Positions 31,815-44,841 of a stretch of DNA of 64,000 nucleotides are shown piece by piece. Both the position numbers and the translations under genes were made by a program. Origin of the DNA: Antedon mediterranea (lineage: Eukaryota > Animalia > Echinodermata); NCBI RefSeq assembly GCF_964355755.1, contig NC_092680.1, forward strand, positions 9,052,001 to 9,116,000, given 5' to 3'. Each line of letters opens with the position of its first letter. Within the stretch, counting starts at the first letter, position 1. The notes below the pieces were generated by a model. That model did not search any database. It worked only from the letters and a program-made list of their open reading frames with translations, and had not been told where the DNA came from.

Positions 31815-34800
31815 TCATTTTGATGTAGCTCGTGGTCTGTAGTTCATCCCGGTCTTTGTTAACAACCACTGCGATAAATCGCATCTACCTTCTTTAATCA
31901 GTGCGCATGACAATTGTTGAATCTTTTTCAAGTCTCCGTGTGTTGAATGACACCATTGCATCAACATCTCAAAACTACGTTCTCTTGTATGGCTGTAATC
32001 GAGTTTCAATCGTTGAATTTGTGCGTTAGATAATCCAAGATGAATACCGAGACGAGTCCATTCAACCCCTAATTTGTCAGTTAGTTCCAGAATTAAGTTT
32101 TCGGACAGTAGGCTTAGACCTAAATCTGTAAATATACAATTTTGATTACTGTTAGTACATTTTATTACTGATCAAACGTTATTGGAATTATCGATGTCTT
32201 TGATAGTGTCATCCTACTAGTAACCGTTACGACATCGTTATTACTATTATGGTAATTATTATCTTTCAACAATCATCATCGTCATCACATACTTGTCTTC
32301 ATCTTCATTAGGACAACCACTTTCATTTTAAACTAAGAATATCAATTCCTAATCCACTATTATTCAATGCTAACTCTAACTTGAGTTTAGAGGTTTACAA
32401 AACTAACCGTTACTATGTGGCTCTTCTGAACGAATTCTTTCTCGTTGTAACGTAATTCCATATTTCTGAGGTGTAAACGTGTTTAAGTATTAAATTTGGC
32501 AATATAAACAATTGTAGAACAAAAAACACCAAGGAAAACAAGACAAGTGTATACTACATTGACAAATTAAACTTTTTAAATATTAATTTTAAACGAGAAT
32601 GGAAGAATATATTGGAAAAAAGACTAGGTAATAAATCTGTTATACTCTATATAATAATATGAGTGAATGTGTTTGTCCATTGATGAAACAATCATCGCAT
32701 CTATAATAATAATAATAATAATAATAAGATTTTTATAGCGCACATACCACTCCAGAGTGCTCAAGGCGCATTTAAAAATAAAAAAGAAATAAATCATACA
32801 AATTCCTGACAATCTATTATTATTCATTATTAAGGACTATTTAAAACTGAATTATTTCACATACCTTAAGACTAATATCAAACCCCACCAGAGGTGCCCA
32901 TGTGCTGTCAGCATTCCTACGTTTGATTAAATGGTTCTCATAGCTTTCCAATTTGTTTACGTAATACATACATTTTCCCAGATAACACCGACGATGAATA
33001 TCCTTTTGTGGGTCAACAGACTCTACCAAAAACTCTTCCTTCACTCGCACATTTTTATAAAACCGAAAAGTAATTTCGTTTCTACCAACGATTCTTATAT
33101 TGCCTTCTAGGGCGATCTTGACCAGTTGGCCTTCTTGGATCATGACGTCTCTACTTGGTGCTGGAGGTCCGCAGTAGTTATCTTCCTTAAGTTCTACCAC
33201 TGCGTCTTTGCATTGTGCACTTGGAACAATTCGTGTTATAAAATTCTCTTCATTGTCTTTATGGTGGTGGAGAATAACGTTTGCAGTTTGTTGTGCACAT
33301 GTGTTTTCCAGAATGTTAGCTACGTCAGGCAGAAGATCGGTCGAATTTGTTTCGATGACAACCATTTTGTTCCTAAAAAAGGCATTGCTTATATTATTCG
33401 TTTGTCAACTTATTTAGGTCTTTTTATGAGTGTCATTTACTGGGAATAGATTGTGACGCTTTGAAATCATACAATTGTCAAATGAGCTACATAACACTGG
33501 AAGGGTGTTAAATATCACGTAACATGTTTTTAACTCATCAATAAGTAACGTAAAATTTACCGTGGGATTTCTTACATACATAGGTTCCTGAAAAGTATGT
33601 TTTCTGGTTGTTAGCGAAGCGATAATGTTTGGGCTAATAACAGGTGTTTCATAGTTTTCTTTTCTGTTTTTCTGTATCAATAATTATTCTGATGACCTGT
33701 TATAAATATGTAAATTACGTAGCAAAACCTACCAACCTTTTGTTTAGTTTATTGGTATGAAAAGAGATAGTGCCATCATTGGGTTTTTGAATATCAAAAA
33801 CATCACATGTTCTCCATGATCCTGTGTGTAATTTGGAAAGAACATAGATTGATGACATTTCTGACTTTTCATGTTTCTTGCCAGTTGGAGCCGTACGAGG
33901 TCGATGATGTTTGTCTTCTGCATTAGTATTGACGTGGTTTCGAATTGGAAGTGTAATTTTAACTGGTAGGACAACATTTGTTGCGTTACTTATTGTTAGT
34001 TCAACAATTAAGAAAGGACTGTAAGATACCACTTTGTGTTGATTCAAGTTCGAAGAATGTTTAGTTATCGGTTGAACCTAGAAAAAAAAAATTGATAGAT
34101 TTGAAATCGTCACCACGTCGAGTTGGGTGGTTCGCGAAAACGGAACATGATTGTATTACATTACGTTAGAATATGTGAACAGAAATTGGATGTATGTTGT
34201 CCTATTATGTGTATATAATGTTGGATATGTTGGTAGTTGGTTGCACAACTTCAGATTAATACATCATACATAGCAAGATTACTGCTATTGCCATTTTAAA
34301 GAAAACTGTGACATGCGTTATGTGTATTCCGAATCCCTTACCATAATTTGCACCTTCTCTGACGTACATAGATTATTCGGATCAAACGTCAAACGCACTT
34401 TAGGTTCAGTATGCGAACTGATACTACCACCATTTTTGTCAATCGTTACTCTATCTCTCTCCAACCCAATGACAATACAATATATTCCAAACGGTTTGTC
34501 TTCTATTTTGCAAACAGGTTTTTCCTAAAGGTTTCGAAAAGTAATAATAATAATTATTGTTTTATTAGATTAGACCAAGCTTGGAATTACACAAAATCGG
34601 AAGACTTCTTTTGACGTCTAACTTATCCAATTGATTATTTTCAAACACACTGTTGGTTTGTATTTGATATCGTATCTTAATTGAAAAGAAATGTATTATA
34701 GACATGTTAAATGAAATAATGTACACATAGACTTACCTGATGGTTTACGATTGATGAGGTGGTGACTGTATTCCAGCTTGTACCATCATCAATAGAAGAC

Positions 34801-37254
34801 TTGACGATAAGTCGTTCTGACGTCACGCTTTGGTGATGACGAATAGGTATTTGAATTGTAATTAATGAATCCTTATAGACGTTTTCAGTCATGTCTATCT
34901 TTATAATATCACTTATAAGTTCCTCGCCATCTTGTAGTGGTAGATGAACGGTATTTGACACATTTGTGACAGTAGTAACAGCATTATCCAAAGAGGTGGA
35001 AACAAAGCACAACAGTTGGTCGGTTTTGTCATCCATGAATCTGACAAAGATAAGGTGTAGTTAAGGACTTTTGCTAAAGATGCACTGTCTAATTAATTTT
35101 GAGTGATGTATCATGCTCCATATGACGAAATTTTCCAGTATCATAGACAAATTCTATCACTCAGCATCACATACAGGCTCGCATGTGAAACACGTGTGTT
35201 GCTTTATCGCAGAATCTGCCTATATTTGAAAACATAATAGTTGCATAATTCAATATTTTAGTTATTTACTTACCGTTGCACCTTTTCTTTTCGTTGTCTT
35301 CCTTTTAACGTATGACGTTCTTCTCTTAAGACTGGGTGTTGCGTTAAGATATCTACTATAGGTTTATTATGTACACGGCCTAATTTTCTAATTCTTCGAG
35401 ATGATGATGTTTCGACTTGGTTCCTTGTAGCTGACACTTGCTTGCTAATCATAACTTCAGTTGGTGTAGGAAGTTGGTTTACTGGTGGAAGCTAACAGAA
35501 AGTTGTATTAGTTGATTTACCTTCCAATTATAAGTAACCAATAATTGTAGTAATGTAATATTTATAATTGAGAGAGAATTCGTTTCTTCAGATATAATTG
35601 CTCATTTCTTAAATGCGACATGATCATGCTTCATGTAAAAGTATTTAGTGTTTGTGTAACTGTTTTAGTTAATCTTAACATTATATCATGTCATTTATAG
35701 CCTAAAACAATTGCTCAATGATGTAAATATATAGGCCAGAATAGCTTACTATTAGGCCTAAACTTGTTATCGTTACCTTCTTAGTACTAGATATACCGCC
35801 ATGACTTTTCACGATTTTAACTATTTCTTCCAGTATATTAGAAATTGACGTTCCAAATTGAGAGATTTGTAAAAGTTGTAAGTTTTGGTAACATCTTTGA
35901 AGTTCAGCAACCCATCCGTATATCTGCTTAAACTCTGTTTCCATGTTAACAACAATGATTGGTTTATTGTACAAACAACTATACCTACATACTTGAATAA
36001 ATATTGCAGTATCGACAATTAAATTATTTTTCTTTAAAAAATGCAACAAAATAGGAAATATGGTTACATTTAAGAAAAAAATATCTAGAAAAGCAATTGG
36101 TCATATTGTGTTAAACAACATACTATATACAGTTGATAAAACGAACATTAATTTGTGCTCTTTGACCTTTCTTAAGTGATTTAACAATGTTTATCTAATA
36201 ACGCGACGACGTATACCCACTTAAAGCACTGTATGAGACGACCCTCGGAGTACTTACGTATCCACAATTATAGATAATGAAGCTGTACTTAGCATAAATA
36301 ACAACACAAATTGAGTGTGTTATGTAATACAATGCTATTAACTATTTCTTACTTGTTTTGCAAACGTTATTTTCCATATTTATCTCAGATAGATACACGA
36401 TAACAGCTACAGCGTGTTTAACGCTATCTGACAAACTATCCAATATAAGATCTTCAGATACGTCGATGTCAGCTCGGACCGCAATTCCATGTTCCAACAA
36501 ATGATTCCATATTTTTTTAACATTCCTGAAAAATCAACAAAAAAAACGAAAAAAAAAATTGACTAAAAAATTCGAATTTCTTAGTCTATTTTTTCAGACC
36601 AAATTACCAGTAGAACATGATTGTACACTATACAATCTATCAACCTTCAACTGCTTCTGTAGTACGATGTACGACTCATTTGATTATGTCTGTTAATGTT
36701 ATTATAAACCAAAAGGAATAAATTAGTAACATCATCAATGTACGTAATTTATAAATGTATAAGTTTGAAAATATGACAAGTCAGTAAAGCGTTATGCTTT
36801 GAATTTACAAGTTGATGAATAAAAGAAATGGAAATATATCGTAAAGAAAGAAAATAACGTTCTGTGTAATATCACTTAAATATTCATTGATAAATAGATA
36901 GATAGACATATACTGTAACCTTTACCATATTGTTTATCATTGCAATAAAAGTGGGTTGCCCCCACAAAAGAGAAAAAAAAAACATTTTCAAATCTTTAAT
37001 TGATAATAATATTTTATATAATCTTTTAACCTCAGTCTATGTAATATCACTTAAATAATCATTGATAGACATATATACTGTAACCTTTACCATATTGTTT
37101 ATTATTGCAATAAAAGTGGGTTGCCCCCCCAAAAAAGAGAAAAAAAAGAAAGAAAATAAGTAATAAGATAAACTTACTTCTCATCAGAGTAATCGTATGT
37201 CATCAAAACATAACCGGTAGTTTTAAATCGACTATGCCTTGATGTTGGGTCCAT
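31815..37254 (-). CDS. TIR-ZU5-ZU5-UPA-death domain protein (DTHD1/PIDD-like C-terminal module with N-terminal TIR), ~795 aa, 10 coding exons
   Basis: Exons 37254-37178, 36525-36353, 35991-35777, 35491-35274, 35040-34737, 34524-34342, 34077-33737, 33372-32865, 32465-32408, 32125-31815 (2388 nt, phases consistent, in-frame stop upstream of the ATG). TIR: GYVLMTYDYSDEKNVKKIWNHLLEHGIAVRAD..AVAVIVYLSE..VCKTICRYSCLYNKPIIVVNME..YGWVAEL. ZU5-like: EELISDII..ITIQIP, IDKNGGSISS..VRLTF, SPFLIV..PVKITLP. UPA-like: QEGQLVKIALEGNI..ITFRFY. DD: LTDKLGVEWTRLGIHLGLSNAQIQRLK..SFEMLMQW..LSCALIKEGRCDL. Confidence 0.82.
32703..32773 (-). mobile_element. L2-type 3' tail remnant
   Basis: Minus strand AAATGCGCCTTGAGCAC...TGCGCTATAAAAATC(TTA)n, the stem-loop plus microsatellite tail typical of L2 LINEs and their SINEs. 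Confidence 0.55.
36865..37147. repeat. Local direct duplication (~110-bp block, ~175-bp period)
   Basis: TGTAATATCACTTAAATA...GCAATAAAAGTGGGTTGCCCCC occurs twice (36865, 37040). Confidence 0.8.
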
Positions 37255-37969
37255 GCCTTTTACTTCTTTTGTTTTTGTGTTCAAAAAGCTTAATTCAAAA
37301 GACGGAAACAACAGGGTATCTTATTTTGTTGAGATGAGGCACATTTGGTTAAGAAACAACACCTAGAAATACGTGTTTTCTCCCTTAACTCTTCCTCCGC
37401 CCAGACGAATTCAGGGTCCGCTCATAAGCTAATAAAAAAATTAAGCCATTATACTTATACCAGGGCTGAAATATTTTCATTTTCAACAAAAGTGTTATGT
37501 TTAATCTAAACATTGGAAAAACAACTTACCAACTTCCCTTGACCGCACCTTTAATCAAGTCACTATCAACTAACAATCTGATACCGTATAGTATGTTTAC
37601 GGTATGATTTAATCTGATTTTTACAAGTCAACCAATCAGTGAGTTTCACTTTCTTGATTAAATAGCTCGGAAAAACAAAAAATGAGACAATTATGATATA
37701 AGACATCAGATTCACGCATAATTCATAGTTGGTCGCAAAGTGATGAGCTTTTACGTTGATTAATTTTTTAGAACCGATAATCTCCATCCATATGCGATAT
37801 AAGGATAAAATAATATGTAATAATTAAAATGAGATTATAGATACTGTATTAACCTTTCAGTCGTAATCAATATTTTGACTAAAAAACTAGTCCTATACGA
37901 AGATTAAAATTAATGATTTTTACACCGTGCACTATATACCAAAATTATAACATTATTACAACTATCGTG

Positions 37970-38792
37970 TTTTTAGTCGCGTGGAAGCGACTCTATAGTT
38001 CACTATGTCGGTCGGTCGGTCTGTCTGTCTGTCTGTCTGTCGGTCTGTCTGTCGGTCTGTCTGTCTGTCTGTCTGTCGGTCCGGTATCACTATGCGTTTT
38101 ATCGCTTTCTGACCTTATCTTGATATCAGTTTAATCTAGCTAGGTCAATTTTTCACAGTATATTCCTTATGGCCAGGAATCAATGTGGTTATGTTTTGAC
38201 GGTGCGCAATAAAAAATTACGCGGTCTACGCACGATTTAACGAAATCACGTTTGTAATCATATCTTCACAACCATGAATCACAATTAAATAAAATTTGGT
38301 ACTCATAAATTTCAGGGCATAAATCATCATATGGCAATACAATTACGTGCGTAGCGCATGTAACGCATGCGTACGCGCGCTTAACATTTTCAAAATTTAT
38401 TTTCGATGAAATAAGAGTACATTTCAGGCAATTTTAAGCGTTTACAAAATTGCCATGAGTGCGCATATTTTTGCGCGCGCACTGCGCGTTAAATGTTATT
38501 GCGCACTCTTTTTGCCCGATTTCTGTTTTCTTGACTTACTTTTCAACTCGAAATTACGTTATACGAGCACGTCGAAAGTGACAGGCTACGCACGTGTAAA
38601 TTTAAAAAAAATAAATGTTTTTAAACATTTCAACATTTTTAAACATGTTCAGTAATTTCGGTCAGTATAGTTCACTATGTCGGTCGGTCTCTCTGTCTGT
38701 CGGTCTGTCTGTCGGTCTGTCTGTCGGTCTGTCTGTCGGTCCGGTATCACTATGCATTGTAGCACGCGACTTAATGGCTGTTGGCCTTGTTT
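37970..38792 (+). mobile_element. HINE/DINE-1-like Helentron element with (GTCT/GTCG)n microsatellites
   Basis: 5' TTTTAGTCGCGTGGAAGCGACT, (GTCY)n, 3' subTIR CACGCGACT plus short hairpin plus TTGTTT. The core at 38115-38600 is homologous to 2765-3290; the 5' module is duplicated at ~38666. Confidence 0.8.
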
Positions 38793-39304
38793 AAATATAG
38801 GCACATTTCTGCAATATACTGTTGTATAAGAAAAACAGTATATTATTCTGTTTGGAACATCCTTTCTATACGTTAGTAAATCTTGGACCAGAGAAAGGTG
38901 GTTGGTTGGTTGGTTAAATGCGTTGCTTCCGATCCACAACAGAATTTAGTGTTCAAAAGAAAATGACATTGTAAATGTGTTGAAGACTTTAGATCGCTAC
39001 CGTACTGAAGTAGCGGGAGACATAATTTCAATTGAAAAAATGGTGAAAATATGAAATATATTATTTATTGCTTAGTGTAGGTGTGATAGGTTTTTTTTTA
39101 TTAGGCATTAAATAATAACGTAAGGATGTGTATCAGTGCTTGAATCAACACGACTCAGTCGTTCATCATCTAAACGTTGTCTAGTTTCAAATACACTCGC
39201 GCGCGTCATACTGACCAATACCTTAAGAGGAGACGGTTAAATAAACTAAGCGTAAATTAACTCATTGATGGTTTCTTTCAAGATCTATACACCGTATAAT
39301 CATA

Positions 39305-39320
39305 ATTGTGACGTCACAAT
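39305..39320. promoter_or_regulatory. CRE/ATF site within a perfect 16-bp palindrome
   Basis: ATTGTGACGTCACAAT between the divergent TIR-DD gene and pygopus, followed by a strong donor GAG|GTAAGT at 39456 that suggests a non-coding first exon. Confidence 0.4.
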
Positions 39321-40370
39321 GGCTTGCTTCCTACTCCTTAAATTAAAAAAGTACAATAACGGCTTTGTAGCATTGCATCTGCAGCAATATACATTGCAAT
39401 AATCACCTTGTTTAAGCAACACAACCGACACCAATCCCTAAGCAGACGAATATGAGGTAAGTGATGTTTATAGGCCTACTGGAGTGCCATCAGAAATATA
39501 TATATAAAGCCCTACATATAATATTTGTTTATGGTTTAATACGCCTGATAAATGATACCCAAGTTCCATAAAGATGGCTCAATTGCCGAGTTAGATTTGT
39601 TATGTCTTGGGTTCGTGCTTCCATGGAACACGGAGAATGAAGATGATAATAATTCGTTCTCAATCTTAATGAAACATTATATTATTGTTTATTATTATTA
39701 TTATATTAATTGGTTTTGATATTATTAGGTAAGGTCTATAATCACTTAATGTAATTTGCTTCATAAATGAGTGGAAGTATATAAACACCCTTATTATTTT
39801 TTTTTTCAATAGAAAGTGCACTGTCTCGCACCACCAAACATTTATGATATGGAAAAAATTATGAACAGATACTTTGTCACATTATATTAAAACCACATTA
39901 TAATGCTATTTCCCCCACCCCCAATCTCCCCTAAAAATTAAGACAGCCATGGACTCCTCCATTTATTCAATGGGTTCACAATTAGAAATGAATCGGAAAT
40001 AACTTTTCATCGCAGTGTAGTCTTTAATTACTAATCTCGTTTATAAAATACAAAATCAATTAGTAGATTCATACAATTTGTTATTGCTAGCTGTTGTTAT
40101 TTAACAACTGCAAATTGAATTTAACGTAGGTAAACAATATAGGCCTAGCGATAGTTAGTTGCCAGTTCCATTTATCTGTGTAACGTAACGTTTTGCCAAC
40201 ACACACCGCGACACACGGCGGCATGCGATGTTCTGCGGACCATACAAAAGGTCCTGGAAAGGGGCGTAAATAGTAAGGCTAGGCCTAGCCTACGGATATA
40301 AGACTCTAAATAACTACTACCACTTCATAGATGAGGTAGTGATTTAAATGTAGTAGCCGAAATAGTCTTA

Positions 40371-41761
40371 ATGCCAAGAGAGAGGCGACCTCCTAAACGG
40401 TTTAGAAGTAAGTTTTAATAATGTATTATGCAATACAACTTCTCCCCAAAACTGCAGAAACTTGCTTGTTGTTGGGGGACGTCGTTTGTATTTGACATCG
40501 GGCGGCCCTGGAGGTAGTGCAGGCCCTATAAAAGACTTAAGAGGCCTAGGCATAAGGGGAGCATAAGTTGGCATGGATTCTGTACTGGCTGGTCGTAGAG
40601 TAGGCTAGGTCTAGGTTTTTACTTTCTTAAGAATAAGGATAATCTTAAGTCTAAGATTAATGCAACTAAGAAGAATATGTAGGTAGGCTAGCCTAGAAGA
40701 GCCTGTTTCAATTAATCTAAAAATTGATATCAATAATAATTTATTGTTTATTATTTCATTAATTAAAAAAATTAATTAGAATTATTAGACCTAATAGAGG
40801 TAGTCCCAGGAGTATTACATTTTTAGTCATCGGTTAGCAGATGAGACTAAACTGTTCCAGGGAGGTGCTGTAATATTTTTATACCTCCCTGTGTAAACTG
40901 TCCACTATTTTGTATGCATTTGTTTGTTTGCTTTATATATATGTATCAAACATTTTTGATTGTGGTACTTCCTTGTTTTTTTTTTACAGCTTCCACTGAC
41001 AGCGATCGAGACCAAGACAGTGGAAGAGGATTAAGCCAGCCATTGAGCCCTACTACCAAACGACAAAAACGTACACCTTCTCAGGTACAGTATACCCAAA
41101 TACAAGCATCTTGCATAAATAAAATTCACTAATTAAGCATAATTTTCAAAAATGGGTAGAGTGAGTTGCTATGCATTATGAAATGCATTACTAACATAAA
41201 CAAATTTCCCATCACAAATAAAGTATACATAGTATCATAAATTATTATTACTGGTACCATAATATTTTACCTATGAAAAGTTTACTGTTTTTTTGTTATT
41301 TAAAGGCACTTTCATCTGTAATACCGCCAAAGCCAAAAGAAGAGAACATCACCATTTGTAATCCGTTTGATGACAGCCCAGCCTCCAACTTCTCAGTCTT
41401 TCCGAAGATGAATCCGCAGAGACTGGGCCCATACACCAACATTAATTCGTTCCAGCAACCAACACAACCAAACTACACTGGTGTTGATAACGGCTCGTTG
41501 CAATCCCTCATGTTTCATCCTAATATGAATCGTCAATCATCTTACCCCTGCGGAATGTGCCAACAGGAAGTCCAGGACACAGACACGGCAATCATGTGTG
41601 AGGGCGGCTGTGACTTCTGGTATCACAAACGGTGTACAGGTTTAACAGAGTTTGCATACAATCTCTTACGCAAGGAAGAACTTGCTGTATGGTGTTGTGA
41701 TAATTGTATCCGTCAGAAAAAAATTCCAATGGTAATGCTAAAGCCCCAGCCTGTCTCATAA
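40371..41761 (+). CDS. PYGO: Pygopus (Wnt enhanceosome PHD-finger protein), ~195 aa, 3 coding exons
   Basis: Exons 40371-40407, 40990-41084, 41306-41761 (588 nt). NLS-like PTTKRQKR, NHD motif NPFDD, PHD YPCGMC..EV..AIMCEGGCDFWYHKRCTGLTEFAYNLL..AVWCCDNC. The first exon is less certain. Confidence 0.9.
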
Positions 41762-44700
41762 ATTTATATTAAAATATATTTTATCACATACAATTTGTTA
41801 TCCATAAGTACACCATTACTGTAATGTTATTTCCAATGTATAGATTGTAAACATGACACATGGCTTAAATCAGTATAAATATTATACAATTAATTTTTAT
41901 TAATTGGACCGTGCCTTATAATTATATTGTTTTCACAATTGAATTAAAAAAACATAAGGCTGTTAACAATAGGTGTTTGACAACAAGTATGTTATATTGT
42001 TGTGAAGTGGTAGAAGAATATGTGAAATTGTAGTTAAAAATTTCAAATTGTATCATTGCCCCTGTCCCCGCCCAAGATAACCACCACATCCCAACTTAAT
42101 GTTATTTTATATTAATGTAAATAGCTGCAGATGTATCTGTTGTTAAATGTTGAAAACAACCTCTCAAAAAGAGCCCTTGATAAACAAAGTTATTAAGAAA
42201 TGTACCAGTTTAGAATTAGATACTTAGAAAAAAATATATTTATTTTTGCTAATTGGGCAATATAATGGTATATACAGTACAGTAGTTTAATAGATGTTCT
42301 CTAAATAATCAAAAAGAAAATTTGAAATATGAAATTTTAACATTTTTTAAAACTAGTTTGTTCCAAACACAAGATACAGGATTTTGTTTATTTTTAAATT
42401 AAATTCTATAATCTCACTCAGGAATAATATTAATAATAGATACAAAATTAATTGAATTTAAAGAAATTCCTACTTTCAGCATAATAATACTGTACATTTT
42501 GAAATCATCCTTTAAAAAAATTATGTAAAAAAGTTGGCTATAATTCAAATTTTAGTGTGTCATAAAAACATGTCGTCTACTCAAGGTTGAATATCAAATT
42601 TGGGCTTCCACGCTGCCAAAATATCTGAAACTATAATGCCATGTTACAGTACACTGATTCTGTTTCCCTCAATTTACATGACATGCTAGCAAATAGCATT
42701 TAAGTCTATTCGTGCCTATGTAGCTTACTTAGATAAACTGACATTAGCTCATGCTCTACAGAGGCAGGCTGGTATTGACTTTTAACATAATTTTTGAGGT
42801 AGTACATTTTTATATATGTACTTAGAATATGACTGATCAAATTATATCAAATCGATAATTGTGTAGTTAGTATAATGGTGTAAGTGATGAATTGGAAATA
42901 TATATATATATTATTTATAATTGGGAAATCTGAGGTACTGTATTTCGAGTTATATTTTATGAGATTTTAAAAGGTTTCAATTTACTTGTAAACAAAGTAG
43001 TTTTATATTATGTATCTAATGACAAATAATTAAAGGTTACGTACATATTGGTATTTTATTTTGGGGATTACGGAGTAGCAATAACATTTTTCTTGACATA
43101 GGGCCAATTTGGCATTTTGTACATTATGTCTCGGCAGTGGTAAAGGTATTAAAGTATTTAGACATAGTATTTTGAAATTGCATGCCAAGAATATAATGAC
43201 AAAAAAATATTTTCAGTGGGACACAGAACGCACTATAGTGCCTACCCTTTGTATATTTTAATTAACTCAATGATTTTAAGCTTTATGAACATTTTTAATA
43301 AATATGTCATAATTATGAAATGTATATTTGGTTGCAATTGTTATTATAATTTAATGTTTTATGTTTATATATTTTGCAATTTGGAGTTTCATAAAAGGAC
43401 ATAGTTTTATCTTTGCTGTGCCCTAGCAATAAACAGAAACACTTCGCATTATGCATTATGATATGAAGTACTAAGTACTAGGAGAAAAGGTTTAGAAATA
43501 AAATATTGAAGTATATCAGTACAAAATGTTTCAGTGTTTTTTAAAATAGTAAAACATAAAAAATACACCTATTGCGTTCTAATAAATCCGACTTTAAATA
43601 CTGTAGGCCTTAGCAGTTTAATAAAGTTTACTTTTGTAGAAAAAAATAACCAAATCAAATTGTTGGTCAAAGTGACTAACTATTATGTGACACAAAAATG
43701 GAAAATTCAACAAAAAATGTAAAATATTTTTAAGGGGGACAATAAATCTTTAAAGTAATTGTGAAAAGAATCCAATCTTTGTTCACCACTCCTTTTTCCT
43801 AACATCCTGGATTTGCACATGTAGTCAATTGAGGTCATAGGTCAATCTCGTCATGAAAGCTATTGACAGTAGTTTTGGTCATGTTTGAATTGTTCACAAA
43901 AGGCCATAGGAAATAGATTACATGTACAAAATTTAAATCTGATGCTGACTAGAACTACAGTATGTACTGTACAGTAATTCCCTTAGCTTAAAGACCCATT
44001 GCCTACAATTTTTGATTGGCGTTTTGTAAAAATAATGCATATACTGGATGCATTAAACCAGGTCATTCCTTGTCTTAAATGTACCGTTTATGGTAAATTA
44101 TGATAAAAAGAGAGAAACAATGCACTAGTAGCTCACGGTGAATGTCCTCTCGTGGACGGTCTTTACGCCTAGCCAGGTAGGCCTAGATGATAAACAGCGG
44201 CGACGTACGAACAGCGTACGAACAGCGTACGCTAGTTATAGGCCTAGTCTGACGTTGCCTAGTTGCTGCATTGTCTTTCTGTTTTGCCAGTATCCGTTAA
44301 TACAAATTGGGGGAAACCCAGTATTTTCACTGCAATCCATTTGTTTTTGGCCTTCATGATCGATCGAAAGTGGGTGAATTACAGAAGAAAACTAAAATAT
44401 TAATCTGTGCGCAATGATGTTAAAAATTATAATACATTAATAGTTCTTCCAGTTTTTACTTTTTAATATTTTTTTTACCTCAAATACTTTCTTCAACATC
44501 TAAAGCTCAACTCGGACAGTGCTGTACAAGTTGGGGCTGGTCAGATACAATATTTTTTGAAATATGTTAATAATATTCTCCCGACAACATTTTCTTTTTA
44601 TATTTAGTTACGGATCCTAAAGCATTTTTCTCAATAATTATTACTTTGTCATGCTACTGCTATATAGTTTTGTCTTCACATACATGTGTCATTGTAAAAA

Positions 44701-44841
44701 TGGATGATTCATGACTATACAGGTAGTTAAATAAGTTACAGTTAATACCATATTTGGTAAAAATTAATGCAGACAATTTGTTGGCTTCAACAGCACAAAT
44801 AGATACTATTTGCTACTGCAATGCAAATTATTAGTTCTTTT

